In this document: positions 9,319 through 18,290 of the stretch, piece after piece
How positions within the stretch are numbered: position 1 is the stretch's first letter
Layout: each line of letters starts with the position of its first letter
Origin: Gammaproteobacteria bacterium
GTDB lineage: Bacteria > Pseudomonadota > Gammaproteobacteria > JAJPIJ01
Direction: 5' to 3'
Assembly (NCBI GenBank): GCA_041395385.1
Contig: JAWLAN010000014.1
Coordinates: 54,189-118,188 of the forward strand
DNA: 64,000 nucleotides
Notes under the pieces: model-generated
Database searches by the model: none
What the model saw: the letters and a program-made list of their open reading frames with translations, nothing else
Told to the model about the DNA's origin: nothing
Translations under genes and position numbers: made by a program

Positions 9319-10557
9319 ATGAGTCTGCCCTCGATGCAGGTCTACCGGGTCGGCGGCGCGGTGCGCGACCGCCTGCTCGGCAGACCGGTGCAGGACTGCG
9401 ACTGGGTGGTGGTAGGCGCCACGCCTGCGCAGATGGAGGCGCTCGGCTACAAACCGGTCGGCCGTGACTTCCCCGTCTTCCTGCATCCCGTCACCAAGGA
9501 GGAGTATGCGCTCGCACGCACGGAGCGGAAGTCCGGCCGCGGCTACAAGGGCTTCCTGGTGCACGCCTCCCCGGAGGTCACGCTCGAGGAGGACCTGCGC
9601 CGCCGTGACCTCACCATCAACGCCATGGCGGAGGCCGCGGACGGCACGCTCATCGATCCGTACGACGGCCAGGCCGATCTGAGCGCCGGCGTGCTACGTC
9701 ACGTCTCGCCGGCGTTCGTCGAGGATCCGCTGCGCGTGCTGCGCGTGGCCCGGTTCGCGGCCCGTTTCGATTTCCGTGTCGCCGCGGAGACGATGGACCT
9801 GATGCGGGCGATGAGCGCGGGCGGAGAGCTGGCCGACCTCACGCCCGAGCGCGTCTGGCAGGAACTCGAGCGCGCGCTGGGTGAGTCGCGCCCGCGCCGG
9901 TTTCTGGAGGTGCTCCGGGAGTGCGGCGCGCTTGCCGTGCTGTTTCCCGAGGTCGACCGTTTGTTCGGGGTGCCGCAGCGTGCGGACTATCACCCGGAGG
10001 TCGACACCGGCGTGCACCTGCTGATGGTCATGGACCAGGCGACGCGACTCTCGGGCGAGGCCACCGTGCGCTTCGCCGCGCTCACCCACGACCTCGGCAA
10101 GGGCACCACGCCCGCGGACGTGCTGCCGAGACATTACGGCCACGAGGAACGCAGCGTGACGCTGCTGCGCGAGCTGTGCCGTCGATACCGGGCCCCCAAC
10201 CCCTTTCGCGATCTCGCGCTCATCGTCGCCCGCTTCCACGGCATCTGTCATCGCATCGACGACGTCAAGGCCGCCACCGTGCTCAAGCTGCTGCAGGGCT
10301 GCGACGCGTTCCGCCGCCCGGATCGCTTCGAGCTGTTCCTGCTCGCCTGCGAGGCGGATTTCCGCGGCCGTCTCGGGCTCGAGGACCGGCCCTACCCGCA
10401 GGCGGAGTTCCTGCGCGCCGCGCTGCGGGCGGCACGGGGCGTGGATGCCGGTGCACTGCGGGAGCAGGGGCTGGAAGGCGAGGACTTTGCACAGGAATTG
10501 CAAAAGCGGCGCATCGGCGCCATCGACGAGGTGCGCCGCGCCCACACCAGCGGCTGA
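9319..10557 (+). CDS. cca: multifunctional CCA-adding tRNA nucleotidyltransferase with HD domain
   Basis: 412 aa. Motifs include '[23 protein letters not shown]', 'RDLTINAMA' and the HD-domain 'HDLGKG'. Confidence 0.9.
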   Translation: MSLPSMQVYRVGGAVRDRLLGRPVQDCDWVVVGATPAQMEALGYKPVGRDFPVFLHPVTKEEYALARTERKSGRGYKGFLVHASPEVTLEEDLRRRDLTINAMAEAADGTLIDPYDGQADLSAGVLRHVSPAFVEDPLRVLRVARFAARFDFRVAAETMDLMRAMSAGGELADLTPERVWQELERALGESRPRRFLEVLRECGALAVLFPEVDRLFGVPQRADYHPEVDTGVHLLMVMDQATRLSGEATVRFAALTHDLGKGTTPADVLPRHYGHEERSVTLLRELCRRYRAPNPFRDLALIVARFHGICHRIDDVKAATVLKLLQGCDAFRRPDRFELFLLACEADFRGRLGLEDRPYPQAEFLRAALRAARGVDAGALREQGLEGEDFAQELQKRRIGAIDEVRRAHTSG

Positions 10558-10571
10558 GCCGAGGAACGCCC

Positions 10572-12053
10572 GTGGACGACTCCCACGATCTCACCGTCAT
10601 CCTGAAGTCGCGCTTCCCGATCGTGCTCATCGAGACGCACGAGGAAAGCCGCGTGCTGGCGCTGCTGGAGCGGGTGACCAATCTCGAGGAGTTGGCGCTG
10701 TTCACCTGGTCGGTGACCGAGGGCCTGAACCGGCGCGGGGCGCAGGCGGCCACGCCGAACACCACGGAGCTCACCGACGCCCTGCGACACATCGACCGAA
10801 CCATCTTCAGCGGCGTGTACGTGTTCCTGGACGCGCATCCCTTTCTCAAGGAACCGCTTAACCTGCGCCTTGTGCGCGAGATCGCGCTCGACTACCAGAA
10901 GTCGCCGCGCACGCTGGTCTTCGTCAGTCCGCAGCTGGAGCTGCCCAAGGAGCTCCTGCGCATGAGCGCCCGCTTCAGCCTGAAGATGCCGGGCACCGGC
11001 CAGCTCTGGCAGCTGCTCATGGAGGAGATCCAGGCGTGGGAACGCGACGCCGGCCAGCGCATACGGACCGAGCCGGACGTCATCCGGCAGTTCGCCCGCC
11101 ACCTCACCGGGCTGTGCTACGAGGACGCGCGCCGTCTCGTGCGCGAGGCCATCGCCCACGACGGCGCCATCACGCGCGAGGACCTGCACCGCATCACCCG
11201 CTACAAGCAGAGCGCTCTCGACGCCGAGAGCACGCTGTCGCTGGAGCTGGACACCTGCAACTTCGACGCGGTCGGCGGACTGAAGGCGCTGAAGCGCTGG
11301 CTGGACGTGCGCCGCAAGGCCTTCGTCGGCGACCCGGAGAAGACCGGGATCGATCGTCCCAAGGGCATCCTGCTGACCGGCGTGCAGGGCAGCGGCAAGA
11401 GCCTGGCGGCGAAGTCCGTGGCTGGCGCCTGGGGGCTGCCGCTGATGCGGCTGGATTTCGCCACGCTGTACAACAAGTTTTTTGGCGAGACCGAGCGCAA
11501 CCTGCGCGAGGCGCTGAAGGCCGCCGAGGGCATGCAGCCCTGCGTGCTGTGGATCGACGAGATCGAGAAGGGCCTGGCCACCGACCACGGCAGCGGTGTG
11601 GACGGCGGCGTGTCGCGGCGCGTCCTCGGCACCCTGCTCACCTGGCTTTCGGAACGGGATACGCGCGTGTTCATCGTCGCCACCGCCAACGACATACAGG
11701 GGCTGCCGCCGGAGCTGCTGCGCAAGGGCCGGTTCGATGAGATCTTCTTCGTCGATCTGCCCGAGGCCGAGGCGCGGCGCGACATCCTGCGCATCCACCT
11801 GAAACGCCGCGGGCTCGACCCGGCGCAATTCGATCTGAACGGGCTGGCGGCGCTCAGCGAGGGCTTCTCGGGCGCGGAGATCGAACAGGCCATCGTCTCC
11901 TCGCTCTACGAGGCTCATGCCGAGGGCAGGCCGCTGACCAGCGCGCTCATCGCCGCGGAGATCCAGCGCACCCGACCGCTGTCGGTGGTGATGGCCGAGC
12001 GCATGGCGGCCCTGCGGGCCTGGGCCCGGGAGCGCGCGGTGCGCGCCGATTGA
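10572..12053 (+). CDS. AAA+ family ATPase
   Basis: GTG start at 10572, 6 nt after 'GAGGA'. Walker A is 'GVQGSGKSLAAK', Walker B is 'VLWIDEIEK', and 'RKGRFDEIFFVDLP' follows. The upstream part of the 710-aa track ORF overlaps cca in another frame. Confidence 0.8.
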   Translation: MDDSHDLTVILKSRFPIVLIETHEESRVLALLERVTNLEELALFTWSVTEGLNRRGAQAATPNTTELTDALRHIDRTIFSGVYVFLDAHPFLKEPLNLRLVREIALDYQKSPRTLVFVSPQLELPKELLRMSARFSLKMPGTGQLWQLLMEEIQAWERDAGQRIRTEPDVIRQFARHLTGLCYEDARRLVREAIAHDGAITREDLHRITRYKQSALDAESTLSLELDTCNFDAVGGLKALKRWLDVRRKAFVGDPEKTGIDRPKGILLTGVQGSGKSLAAKSVAGAWGLPLMRLDFATLYNKFFGETERNLREALKAAEGMQPCVLWIDEIEKGLATDHGSGVDGGVSRRVLGTLLTWLSERDTRVFIVATANDIQGLPPELLRKGRFDEIFFVDLPEAEARRDILRIHLKRRGLDPAQFDLNGLAALSEGFSGAEIEQAIVSSLYEAHAEGRPLTSALIAAEIQRTRPLSVVMAERMAALRAWARERAVRAD

Positions 12054-12137
12054 CCCGCTGCGGCGTGTCGCCTCGACCGCCGAGGACGTCGCGCACCACA
12101 CTGGGACGCGGCCGCTTTCCGGGCTAAGGTTGTGGCT

Positions 12138-12746
12138 ATGGCATCCCTGCCCGCAAAGACCCGACGCTGCCCATGGGTCGACATGGGCAAGCCGGACTAC
12201 GTCGCCTATCACGACGAGGAATGGGGAGTGCCGGTCCACGAGGACCGGCTGATGTTCGAGTTCCTGACGCTCGAGGCGGCGCAGGCGGGCCTGAGCTGGT
12301 ACACGGTGCTGCGCAAGCGCGCAAACTACCGCGCCGCCTTCGACGACTTCGACCCCGCCCGGATCGCCCGTTACGACCGCCGCAAGGTGGCGCGGCTGAT
12401 GCAAAATCCCGGCATCATCCGCAACGAGCAGAAGATCCTCGCCGCCATCAACAACGCGCGGCGCTATCTCGAGCTGCAGGCGCAGACGGGAAGCTTCGCC
12501 GAATTCCTCTGGCAGTTCGTCGACGGCAGGCCCCTCGTGCACAGGCTGCGCACGCTGAGCGACTATCCCGCCCGCACGCCGCAGTCCGACGCCATGAGCA
12601 AGGAGCTCAAGCGGCACGGCTTCAGCTTCGTGGGCTCGACCATCTGCTACGCGCACATGCAGGCCACCGGCCTGGTCAACGACCACAGCATCGCCTGCTT
12701 TCGCCGCCGGCAACTGCTGGGCGACGGTCAGCCGCCGCGAGGCTGA
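12138..12746 (+). CDS. tag: DNA-3-methyladenine glycosylase I
   Basis: Motifs include 'CPWV...YHDEEWGVPVHEDRLMFEFLTLEAAQAGLSW' and 'STICYAHMQATGLVNDH'. Confidence 0.85.
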   Translation: MASLPAKTRRCPWVDMGKPDYVAYHDEEWGVPVHEDRLMFEFLTLEAAQAGLSWYTVLRKRANYRAAFDDFDPARIARYDRRKVARLMQNPGIIRNEQKILAAINNARRYLELQAQTGSFAEFLWQFVDGRPLVHRLRTLSDYPARTPQSDAMSKELKRHGFSFVGSTICYAHMQATGLVNDHSIACFRRRQLLGDGQPPRG

Positions 12747-12923
12747 CCTTCCAGCGCGCGCGTCCGGCGTCGGCCGCCGCGACTCGACCCGCGCGAGGCG
12801 CGTCGCGAGTCAACCGACCGGCGTTTTCCGCGCGCACCTTGCTAGTCAGATTGCGCAGACCTAAACTCCGAAGCGGAGTTGCGGTTCATCCAGTCTTTTC
12901 AATCGTGATCGATGGGGGGATAA

Positions 12924-13256
12924 ATGGCTGCAAAGAAGAAGTCACGTCCGGCAAAGAAGGGCAAGAAGAAAGCGGCGAAGAAGAAGGCACCCGCGCGCAG
13001 GGCGCCGGCGCGCAAGAAGGCCAAGAAGAAGGCCGCTGCACGCAGACCGGCTGCGAAAAAGAGGAAGGCGGCGGCGAGACCAAGGAAGAAGGCCGCTGCG
13101 AAGCCGAAGAAGAAGGCAGCGGCGAGGAAGACCCCGGCTCGCCGGCGGCCCGCGAGGCGAAAGGCCCCCGCCAAGGCGATGCCGGCGGCCATGCCGGCCC
13201 CGGTCATCAGCCAGCCGACCACCGAAGGCGGCGCCGACCAACTTCCGCCGCAGTAG
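12924..13256 (+). CDS. Lys/Ala-rich histone H1-like nucleoid protein
   Basis: 110 aa made almost entirely of AKKK/AAKK/PARR repeats ('KKGKKKAAKKKAPARRAPARKKAKKKAAARR...'), followed by a non-basic tail. Confidence 0.65.
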   Translation: MAAKKKSRPAKKGKKKAAKKKAPARRAPARKKAKKKAAARRPAAKKRKAAARPRKKAAAKPKKKAAARKTPARRRPARRKAPAKAMPAAMPAPVISQPTTEGGADQLPPQ

Positions 13257-13323
13257 AGTCCTGATGCGCGAGGGTGGCGGCCATGCGCACGCCACCCTCG
13301 CGCAGCGCTCGCCCCCTTTCGCC

Positions 13324-14514
13324 TCAAAGCCTGTGCAGCAGGTCGCCGGCGCGGAACCCCTGCAGGTTTGTCTCCACGCCGCGCAGCAGCGCCAGCACCT
13401 TGAAGCGCTCACCCATCTCGGCGGGCAAGGTCAGGCGGCGCACCTGCTGCGCCACCTCGATCTCGCGCCTGCGATCGGCCGCGGCGATCTCGCCGACGAG
13501 GTCCAACAGGCCCAGCGACAGGAGAAACTGGGCCTGGGTGGCATAACCGGCGACGGCGAAGCCTGCATCCTGCGCGGCCTCGGCCGCCGCGGTGAAGTCG
13601 ACCGAGGCGGTGATGTCCTGCAATCCCACATATATCAGTGGATCAGCGTGCGCGCGCTGGCGGTAATGACACAACAGCGTGCCGGTGGCCCGATCCGGAT
13701 GGTAGTACTCGCGCCGGCTGTAACCGTAGTCGATGATCAGTGCAGCGCCGCGGGCCATGGCGGCGGCCAGCGCCTCGAACCACGGACGCAGATCCGCGCA
13801 GACCTCGGTGGTGTATCCGGCCGGCAACGCGCCGTGCTCGCGTTCGATCGCGTCGATGCATGCGGCGAGCGCGGAATCCGCGCCGAGCGGCATCGCCTTC
13901 CAGCAAAAGCCGCCTGCCGCCAGCCCCACGTGCAGTTCGCTCCAGTCGTGCGTGCCCCCCTTGCGCAGCAGGGTCACGGGCATGGCGTCGAGCACCTCGT
14001 TGGCGATCGCCACCCCGGCGAAGTCATCCGGCAACGCGTCCAGCCAGCGCACCCGCCCGGCGAGCGCCGCCGGCAGTCCCGCAAGCAGTCGGCGCTGCCG
14101 CTCACGCAGATCTGCGCTCACTTCGAGGATGAGATAGGTCGCGGGCGGCGCACCGAGGCGCTCGAGCTCCAGTAGGAGGTCGCGTGCCAGCCGCCCGCTG
14201 CCGGCGCCGAACTCCAGCACGTCGCCGCCGCCGAGGCTGCCCAGGATCTGCGCCACCTGGCGCGCGAGACACGCCCCGAACAGGGCCGAGATCTCCGGCG
14301 CCGTGACGAAATCGCCGGCGGCGCCGAACTTGGCGGCGCCCGCGGAATAATAGCCGAGGCCTGGTTCGTACAAGGCCATCGTCATGTACCGCCGGAAGGG
14401 GATGGCGCCGCCCGCGGCGGCGATCGCATCGGAGATGCGTCGGACCAAGGCCTCGCTGACGGCGAGGGCCTCCGGCGAGGGCGGCGGGAGATCCAATCCC
14501 GTGCGCGCGCTCAA
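13324..14514 (-). CDS. SAM-dependent methyltransferase, MidA/NDUFAF7 (DUF185) family
   Basis: Motifs include 'FRRYMTMALYEPGLGYYS', 'GDFVTAPEIS' and 'VLEFGAGSGRLA'. I place the start at a TTG at 14514 overlapping the upstream stop (TTGA), but the start is uncertain. Confidence 0.7.
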   Translation of the reverse strand: MSARTGLDLPPPSPEALAVSEALVRRISDAIAAAGGAIPFRRYMTMALYEPGLGYYSAGAAKFGAAGDFVTAPEISALFGACLARQVAQILGSLGGGDVLEFGAGSGRLARDLLLELERLGAPPATYLILEVSADLRERQRRLLAGLPAALAGRVRWLDALPDDFAGVAIANEVLDAMPVTLLRKGGTHDWSELHVGLAAGGFCWKAMPLGADSALAACIDAIEREHGALPAGYTTEVCADLRPWFEALAAAMARGAALIIDYGYSRREYYHPDRATGTLLCHYRQRAHADPLIYVGLQDITASVDFTAAAEAAQDAGFAVAGYATQAQFLLSLGLLDLVGEIAAADRRREIEVAQQVRRLTLPAEMGERFKVLALLRGVETNLQGFRAGDLLHRL

Positions 14515-14945
14515 CGGTTTTTCTGCATGTTGCCGATGAGGTCCGGGAACTCCGTCTCGAGATACCAGCGACTCCGCTCCTCGTCGTACCACCAGTGCTG
14601 CCTCTGGGCGAGGTTGTGCAGGACGTTGGATTCCTCGTGGTAGTAGGTCATCGCCACCCTGACGTCCGCCTCGGTCTCCTCGGGCGTCAGGATCTGTTCG
14701 ACCACGTCGTAGGACGCGAGCCGCACCTGTTTCAGCGCATCGAGATCGACCTCCGCGAGTTCCTGGACCTTGCCGGGACGGAACCGGACGTAGGTGAGCG
14801 CACCCTCGTAATCCCCCCAGCGCATCAGGATGCGATATTCATTCAGCGTGTCGGACAGCGAGTTGGCCCGCTTCTGCGACTGCAGCCCGCCGCAGCCGCC
14901 CAGCAGCAGACCGACGACGCCCACGAACATGACGAGTTTCTTCAT
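14511..14945 (-). CDS. hypothetical lipoprotein
   Basis: 144 aa with a lipobox ('VGLLLGGC'). No recognisable family. Confidence 0.6.
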   Translation of the reverse strand: MKKLVMFVGVVGLLLGGCGGLQSQKRANSLSDTLNEYRILMRWGDYEGALTYVRFRPGKVQELAEVDLDALKQVRLASYDVVEQILTPEETEADVRVAMTYYHEESNVLHNLAQRQHWWYDEERSRWYLETEFPDLIGNMQKNR

Positions 14946-14976
14946 ACGCTCCCCTCGCTCGCCCGCCGCCGCGTGA

Positions 14977-15330
14977 TCAGCAGTGACCGCGCTCGATGAT
15001 CACGCCGACGTCGCGAACGCCGCGCACCGCGCCCTGCTTGTTGATCTTCAACCGCACCCACGGCACCTTGAATTCGTTGAGCAGCATGTCGGCGATGCGC
15101 TCGGCCAGGGTCTCCACCAGGTTGAAGCGGCTCTCCTCGACGTAGGCGGTGATGCGCGTGGCAACCGCACCGTAATCGATGGTGTCGCTCAGATCGTCGG
15201 TCGCGGCCGGCCTGCGGTTGTCGATGCCGAAGTCCAGATCGATGACCAGCGTCTGGCGTATGCGCCGCTCCCACTCGAACACCCCGATGGTCGCCTCGAT
15301 GCGCAGGTCGTGGATGTAAACGATGTCCAT
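14977..15330 (-). CDS. folB: dihydroneopterin aldolase
   Basis: 117 aa from an internal ATG: 'MDIVYIHDLRIEATIGVFEWERRIRQTLVIDLDF...DYGAV'. Confidence 0.85.
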   Translation of the reverse strand: MDIVYIHDLRIEATIGVFEWERRIRQTLVIDLDFGIDNRRPAATDDLSDTIDYGAVATRITAYVEESRFNLVETLAERIADMLLNEFKVPWVRLKINKQGAVRGVRDVGVIIERGHC

Positions 15331-15426
15331 GGATCTTCTCGAATGTTCTGATCGCCCTGGCCGCCCGCCACTAGAACCGATGCGATCTTGACCTGTCAAG
15401 CGCGAGCCAGTCCAATAGCGGCCGTG

Positions 15427-16038
15427 ATGACCGCGGCCATTCTCATCGTCGTCGCCTATCTGCTCGGCTCCCTGTCCGCGGCCATCATCGTCTGCCGCGC
15501 GATCGGCGCACCGGACCCGCGCACCGTCGGCTCCGGAAACCCCGGCGCCACCAACGTGCTGCGCGTCGCCGGCAAGAAGGCGGCCGCGGCCACGCTGCTC
15601 GGCGATACGCTGAAGGGACTGCTGCCGGTGCTCCTCGGGCGCGCGCTGGGACTGCCGATCGAGGCGCTGGCAGCCGTCGGACTGGCCGCCTTTCTCGGCC
15701 ACCTGTACCCCGTCTTCTTCCAGTTTCAGGGCGGCAAGGGCGTGGCGACGCTCATCGGCGCGCTGCTCGGGATCGCCTGGCCGCTGGCGGTCTTTTTCGT
15801 GGTGATCTGGTTCGTGGTCGCCAGACTGAGCAAGGTATCCTCACTGGCCGCGATCACGGCGGCCGTGCTCACACCGCTGTACGCCTGGTTGCGCGGCTAC
15901 CCCGCGCTGACCGTTCTGGCCATCCTCGCCATGGTCGTGCTGCTCGTGTGGCGGCATCGCTCCAACATCCGCAAGCTCATCGACGGTACGGAATCGCGTA
16001 TCGGCGGCAAGTCTTCCACCGACCCGCAGTCGGAGTAG
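15427..16038 (+). CDS. plsY: glycerol-3-phosphate acyltransferase PlsY
   Basis: Motifs include 'YLLGSLSAAIIV', 'GSGNPGATNVLR' and 'GGKGVAT'. I prefer the ATG at 15427 over the TTG at 15388. Confidence 0.85.
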   Translation: MTAAILIVVAYLLGSLSAAIIVCRAIGAPDPRTVGSGNPGATNVLRVAGKKAAAATLLGDTLKGLLPVLLGRALGLPIEALAAVGLAAFLGHLYPVFFQFQGGKGVATLIGALLGIAWPLAVFFVVIWFVVARLSKVSSLAAITAAVLTPLYAWLRGYPALTVLAILAMVVLLVWRHRSNIRKLIDGTESRIGGKSSTDPQSE

Positions 16039-16106
16039 CGCCACCCTGCGCAGCTTGTGGGCGGGGCGGAGGGCGGTCTGCCCGTGGTAAGCCGCTGCAC
16101 AAGGTT

Positions 16107-16256
16107 TCGGGCGGACTGCCGGTGCTTGCCTGGCGCGCCTCGGCGGCGCGCGCAGCAGGGATGGACGAGCACGACGCCGCGGTAGCAAGCGGTACATGGA
16201 TGTACCGCGCAGCGGTAGCCAGGCAAGCACCGGCGGTCCGCCGGCAGTCCGCCCGA
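16107..16256. repeat. long imperfect inverted repeat (about 27-nt arms) enclosing smaller hairpins, between convergent plsY and tsaD
   Basis: The left arm 'tcgggcggactgccggtgcttgcctgg' (16107-16133) pairs with 'ccaggcaagcaccggc[ggtccgccg]gcagtccgcccga' (16219-16256), which carries a 9-nt insert. Nested palindromes include 'ggtacatggatgtacc'. Confidence 0.5.
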
Positions 16257-16295
16257 GACCCCGTGCCGGCGGTGGGAAAAAAGGCGCTTCGGCGG

Positions 16296-17369
16296 TCAGG
16301 CCGCCGGCGGCAGCTCCGCCATCGGCCAGCGTGGATAGGCCTTGAAGGCGAGCGGCTCGTGATAGCCCGCCGCGAGCCGCAGCGCGCCGGCAAAGGCGAT
16401 CATGGCGCCGTTGTCGGTGCAGAAGGCCGGACGCGGATAGACCACGCGCGCGCCGAGCTCCGCAGCGATCTCCGCCAGGCGCTCCCGCAGCCTCGCGTTC
16501 GCGCTCACCCCGCCGGCGGCGATCAGGCACTTCAGCCCGGTCTCCACGAGCGCGCGGCGGCACTTGATCGCGAGCGTCTCCACGACCGCGTCGGAGAAGG
16601 CCCGCGCGATGTCGGCCCGGGTCTGCCCGTCGTCGCCCTCCTGCTGCAGCGTGTTCAGCGCGTAGGTCTTCAGGCCCGAGAAGCTGAAATCCAGGCCCGG
16701 CCGGTTGGTCATGGGCCGCGGGAAGTCGAAACGATCGGGATTGCCGTCGCGGGCCAGCCGCTCGATCGCCGGCCCCCCCGGGTATCCCAGCCCGAGCAAC
16801 TTGGCGGTCTTGTCGAATGCCTCCCCGGCGGCATCGTCCAGCGACTCCCCGAGCAGGGTGTAGCGGCCCACACCGTCGACCCGGAACAGCTGGGTATGGC
16901 CGCCGGAGACCAGCAGGGCGACGAACGGGAAGGTCGGCGGGTCGGGCTCCAGCAGCGGCGCCAGCAGGTGGGCCTCCATGTGGTGCACGGCGATGGCGGG
17001 GATCCCGAGCGACCAGGCCAGCGAACGACCTATGGCCGCCCCGACCAGCAGCGCGCCGATCAGGCCCGGCCCGGCGGTATACGCCACGCCGCCCAGATCG
17101 CGGGCGGAAATGCCCGCCGCATGAAGGACTTCGCGGATGAGCGGCAGGGTCTTGCGGACGTGGTCGCGGGAGGCCAGCTCCGGCACGATGCCGCCGTACT
17201 TCGCGTGCAGGTCGACCTGGCTGTAGAGCACGTGCGCGAGCAGCCCCTCGCCCGGCCCGCGGCGCGGGTCATAGACGGCCACCCCGGTCTCGTCGCAGGA
17301 GGTTTCCACGCCCAGCACCGGCCCGGCGATGGCGCCCGCGGGCGCCGATTTCGGCTTTGCAATTGCCAT
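16296..17369 (-). CDS. tsaD: tRNA N6-adenosine threonylcarbamoyltransferase TsaD
   Basis: Starts at 'MAIAKPK...[17 protein letters not shown]'. 'HHMEAHL' and 'VSGGHT' are also present. The gene is divergent from rpsU, as in many bacteria. Confidence 0.9.
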   Translation of the reverse strand: MAIAKPKSAPAGAIAGPVLGVETSCDETGVAVYDPRRGPGEGLLAHVLYSQVDLHAKYGGIVPELASRDHVRKTLPLIREVLHAAGISARDLGGVAYTAGPGLIGALLVGAAIGRSLAWSLGIPAIAVHHMEAHLLAPLLEPDPPTFPFVALLVSGGHTQLFRVDGVGRYTLLGESLDDAAGEAFDKTAKLLGLGYPGGPAIERLARDGNPDRFDFPRPMTNRPGLDFSFSGLKTYALNTLQQEGDDGQTRADIARAFSDAVVETLAIKCRRALVETGLKCLIAAGGVSANARLRERLAEIAAELGARVVYPRPAFCTDNGAMIAFAGALRLAAGYHEPLAFKAYPRWPMAELPPAA

Positions 17370-17427
17370 GTCGTCCACTACAATACCCGCCCTTTCAAAC
17401 ACCTGCCGTTCAGCGTTAGGAGTACGA

Positions 17428-17712
17428 ATGCCGTCAGTCAAAGTCCGTGAGAACGAGCCGTTCGACGTCGCCCTGCGTCGCTTCAAGCGCGCCTGCGAGA
17501 AGGCCGGCATCCTTGCCGAGATCCATCGCCGCGAGTTTTACGAGAAGCCGACCCAGGTGCGCAAGCGCAAGGCCGCCGCGGCGGTGAAACGCTGGCAGAA
17601 GAAGATGATCCGCTCGAACATGACCATGGCCCAGCGCGCCCGCGCCGCCGCGCAGCGCAATGCCGCTCGCGCCGGGGGTCGTGGCGGCTCCCGCGGCCCG
17701 CGTTCATTCTAA
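17428..17712 (+). CDS. rpsU: 30S ribosomal protein S21 (with a basic C-terminal extension)
   Basis: '[48 protein letters not shown]', followed by an extra Ala/Arg/Gly-rich tail. Confidence 0.9.
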   Translation: MPSVKVRENEPFDVALRRFKRACEKAGILAEIHRREFYEKPTQVRKRKAAAAVKRWQKKMIRSNMTMAQRARAAAQRNAARAGGRGGSRGPRSF

Positions 17713-17770
17713 CCACCGGTATCCTCCCCTGCGGCGTGCCCTCGGGCGCGCCGTGCATTTCCCGCCGACC

Positions 17771-18217
17771 GTGAGTCTAAAGGATCGCATCAACGACGAA
17801 GTGAAGACCGCCATGCGCGCCCAGGACAAGCGGCGCCTGGGGGTACTGCGCCTCATCACCGCGGCCATCAAGCAGAAGGAGGTCGACGAGCGGATCACGC
17901 TCGACGACGCGCAGGTGATGTCGACGCTCGAGAAGATGGTCAAGCAGCGCCGCGACTCCATCCAGCAGTACCAGGCCGGCAACCGGCCGGATCTGGCCGA
18001 GCAGGAGCAGTTCGAGATCGGCATCATCCAGGGCTTCCTTCCCGCGCAACTCTCCGAGGCGGAGATCGACGCGGCCGTCGCCGAGGTCATCGCCGCCACC
18101 GGCGCGGCCAGCGCCAGGGACATGGGCAAGGTGATGGGCGCCCTGAAGTCCAAGCTGGCGGGCAAGGCAGACATGACGGTGGTCTCCGCGCGGGTCAAGC
18201 AGAGACTCGGGGGCTAG
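17771..18217 (+). CDS. GatB/YqeY domain-containing protein
   Basis: GTG start. Motifs include 'LKDRINDEVKTAMRAQDKRRLGVLRL' and 'MGKVMGALK'. Confidence 0.85.
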   Translation: MSLKDRINDEVKTAMRAQDKRRLGVLRLITAAIKQKEVDERITLDDAQVMSTLEKMVKQRRDSIQQYQAGNRPDLAEQEQFEIGIIQGFLPAQLSEAEIDAAVAEVIAATGAASARDMGKVMGALKSKLAGKADMTVVSARVKQRLGG

Positions 18218-18290
18218 TCCCGCCGCCCGTTCGCTCTCGGCCGTCCGCCGGAAACGCAGCGGCCGCCGCCTCGGTTATCCTACGCCCGAC

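Noticed and set aside
9921-12053. 710-aa version of the AAA ATPase
   Set aside because: The first about 217 codons overlap cca in another frame and are Arg/Pro/Gly-rich. A GTG with a good SD right after the cca stop gives a sensible 493-aa protein.
12899-13327. 142-aa Ala/Phe/Gly-rich minus-strand ORF
   Set aside because: It is the mirror image of the Lys/Ala repeat gene: AAG/GCC repeats read in reverse give Phe/Ala/Gly.
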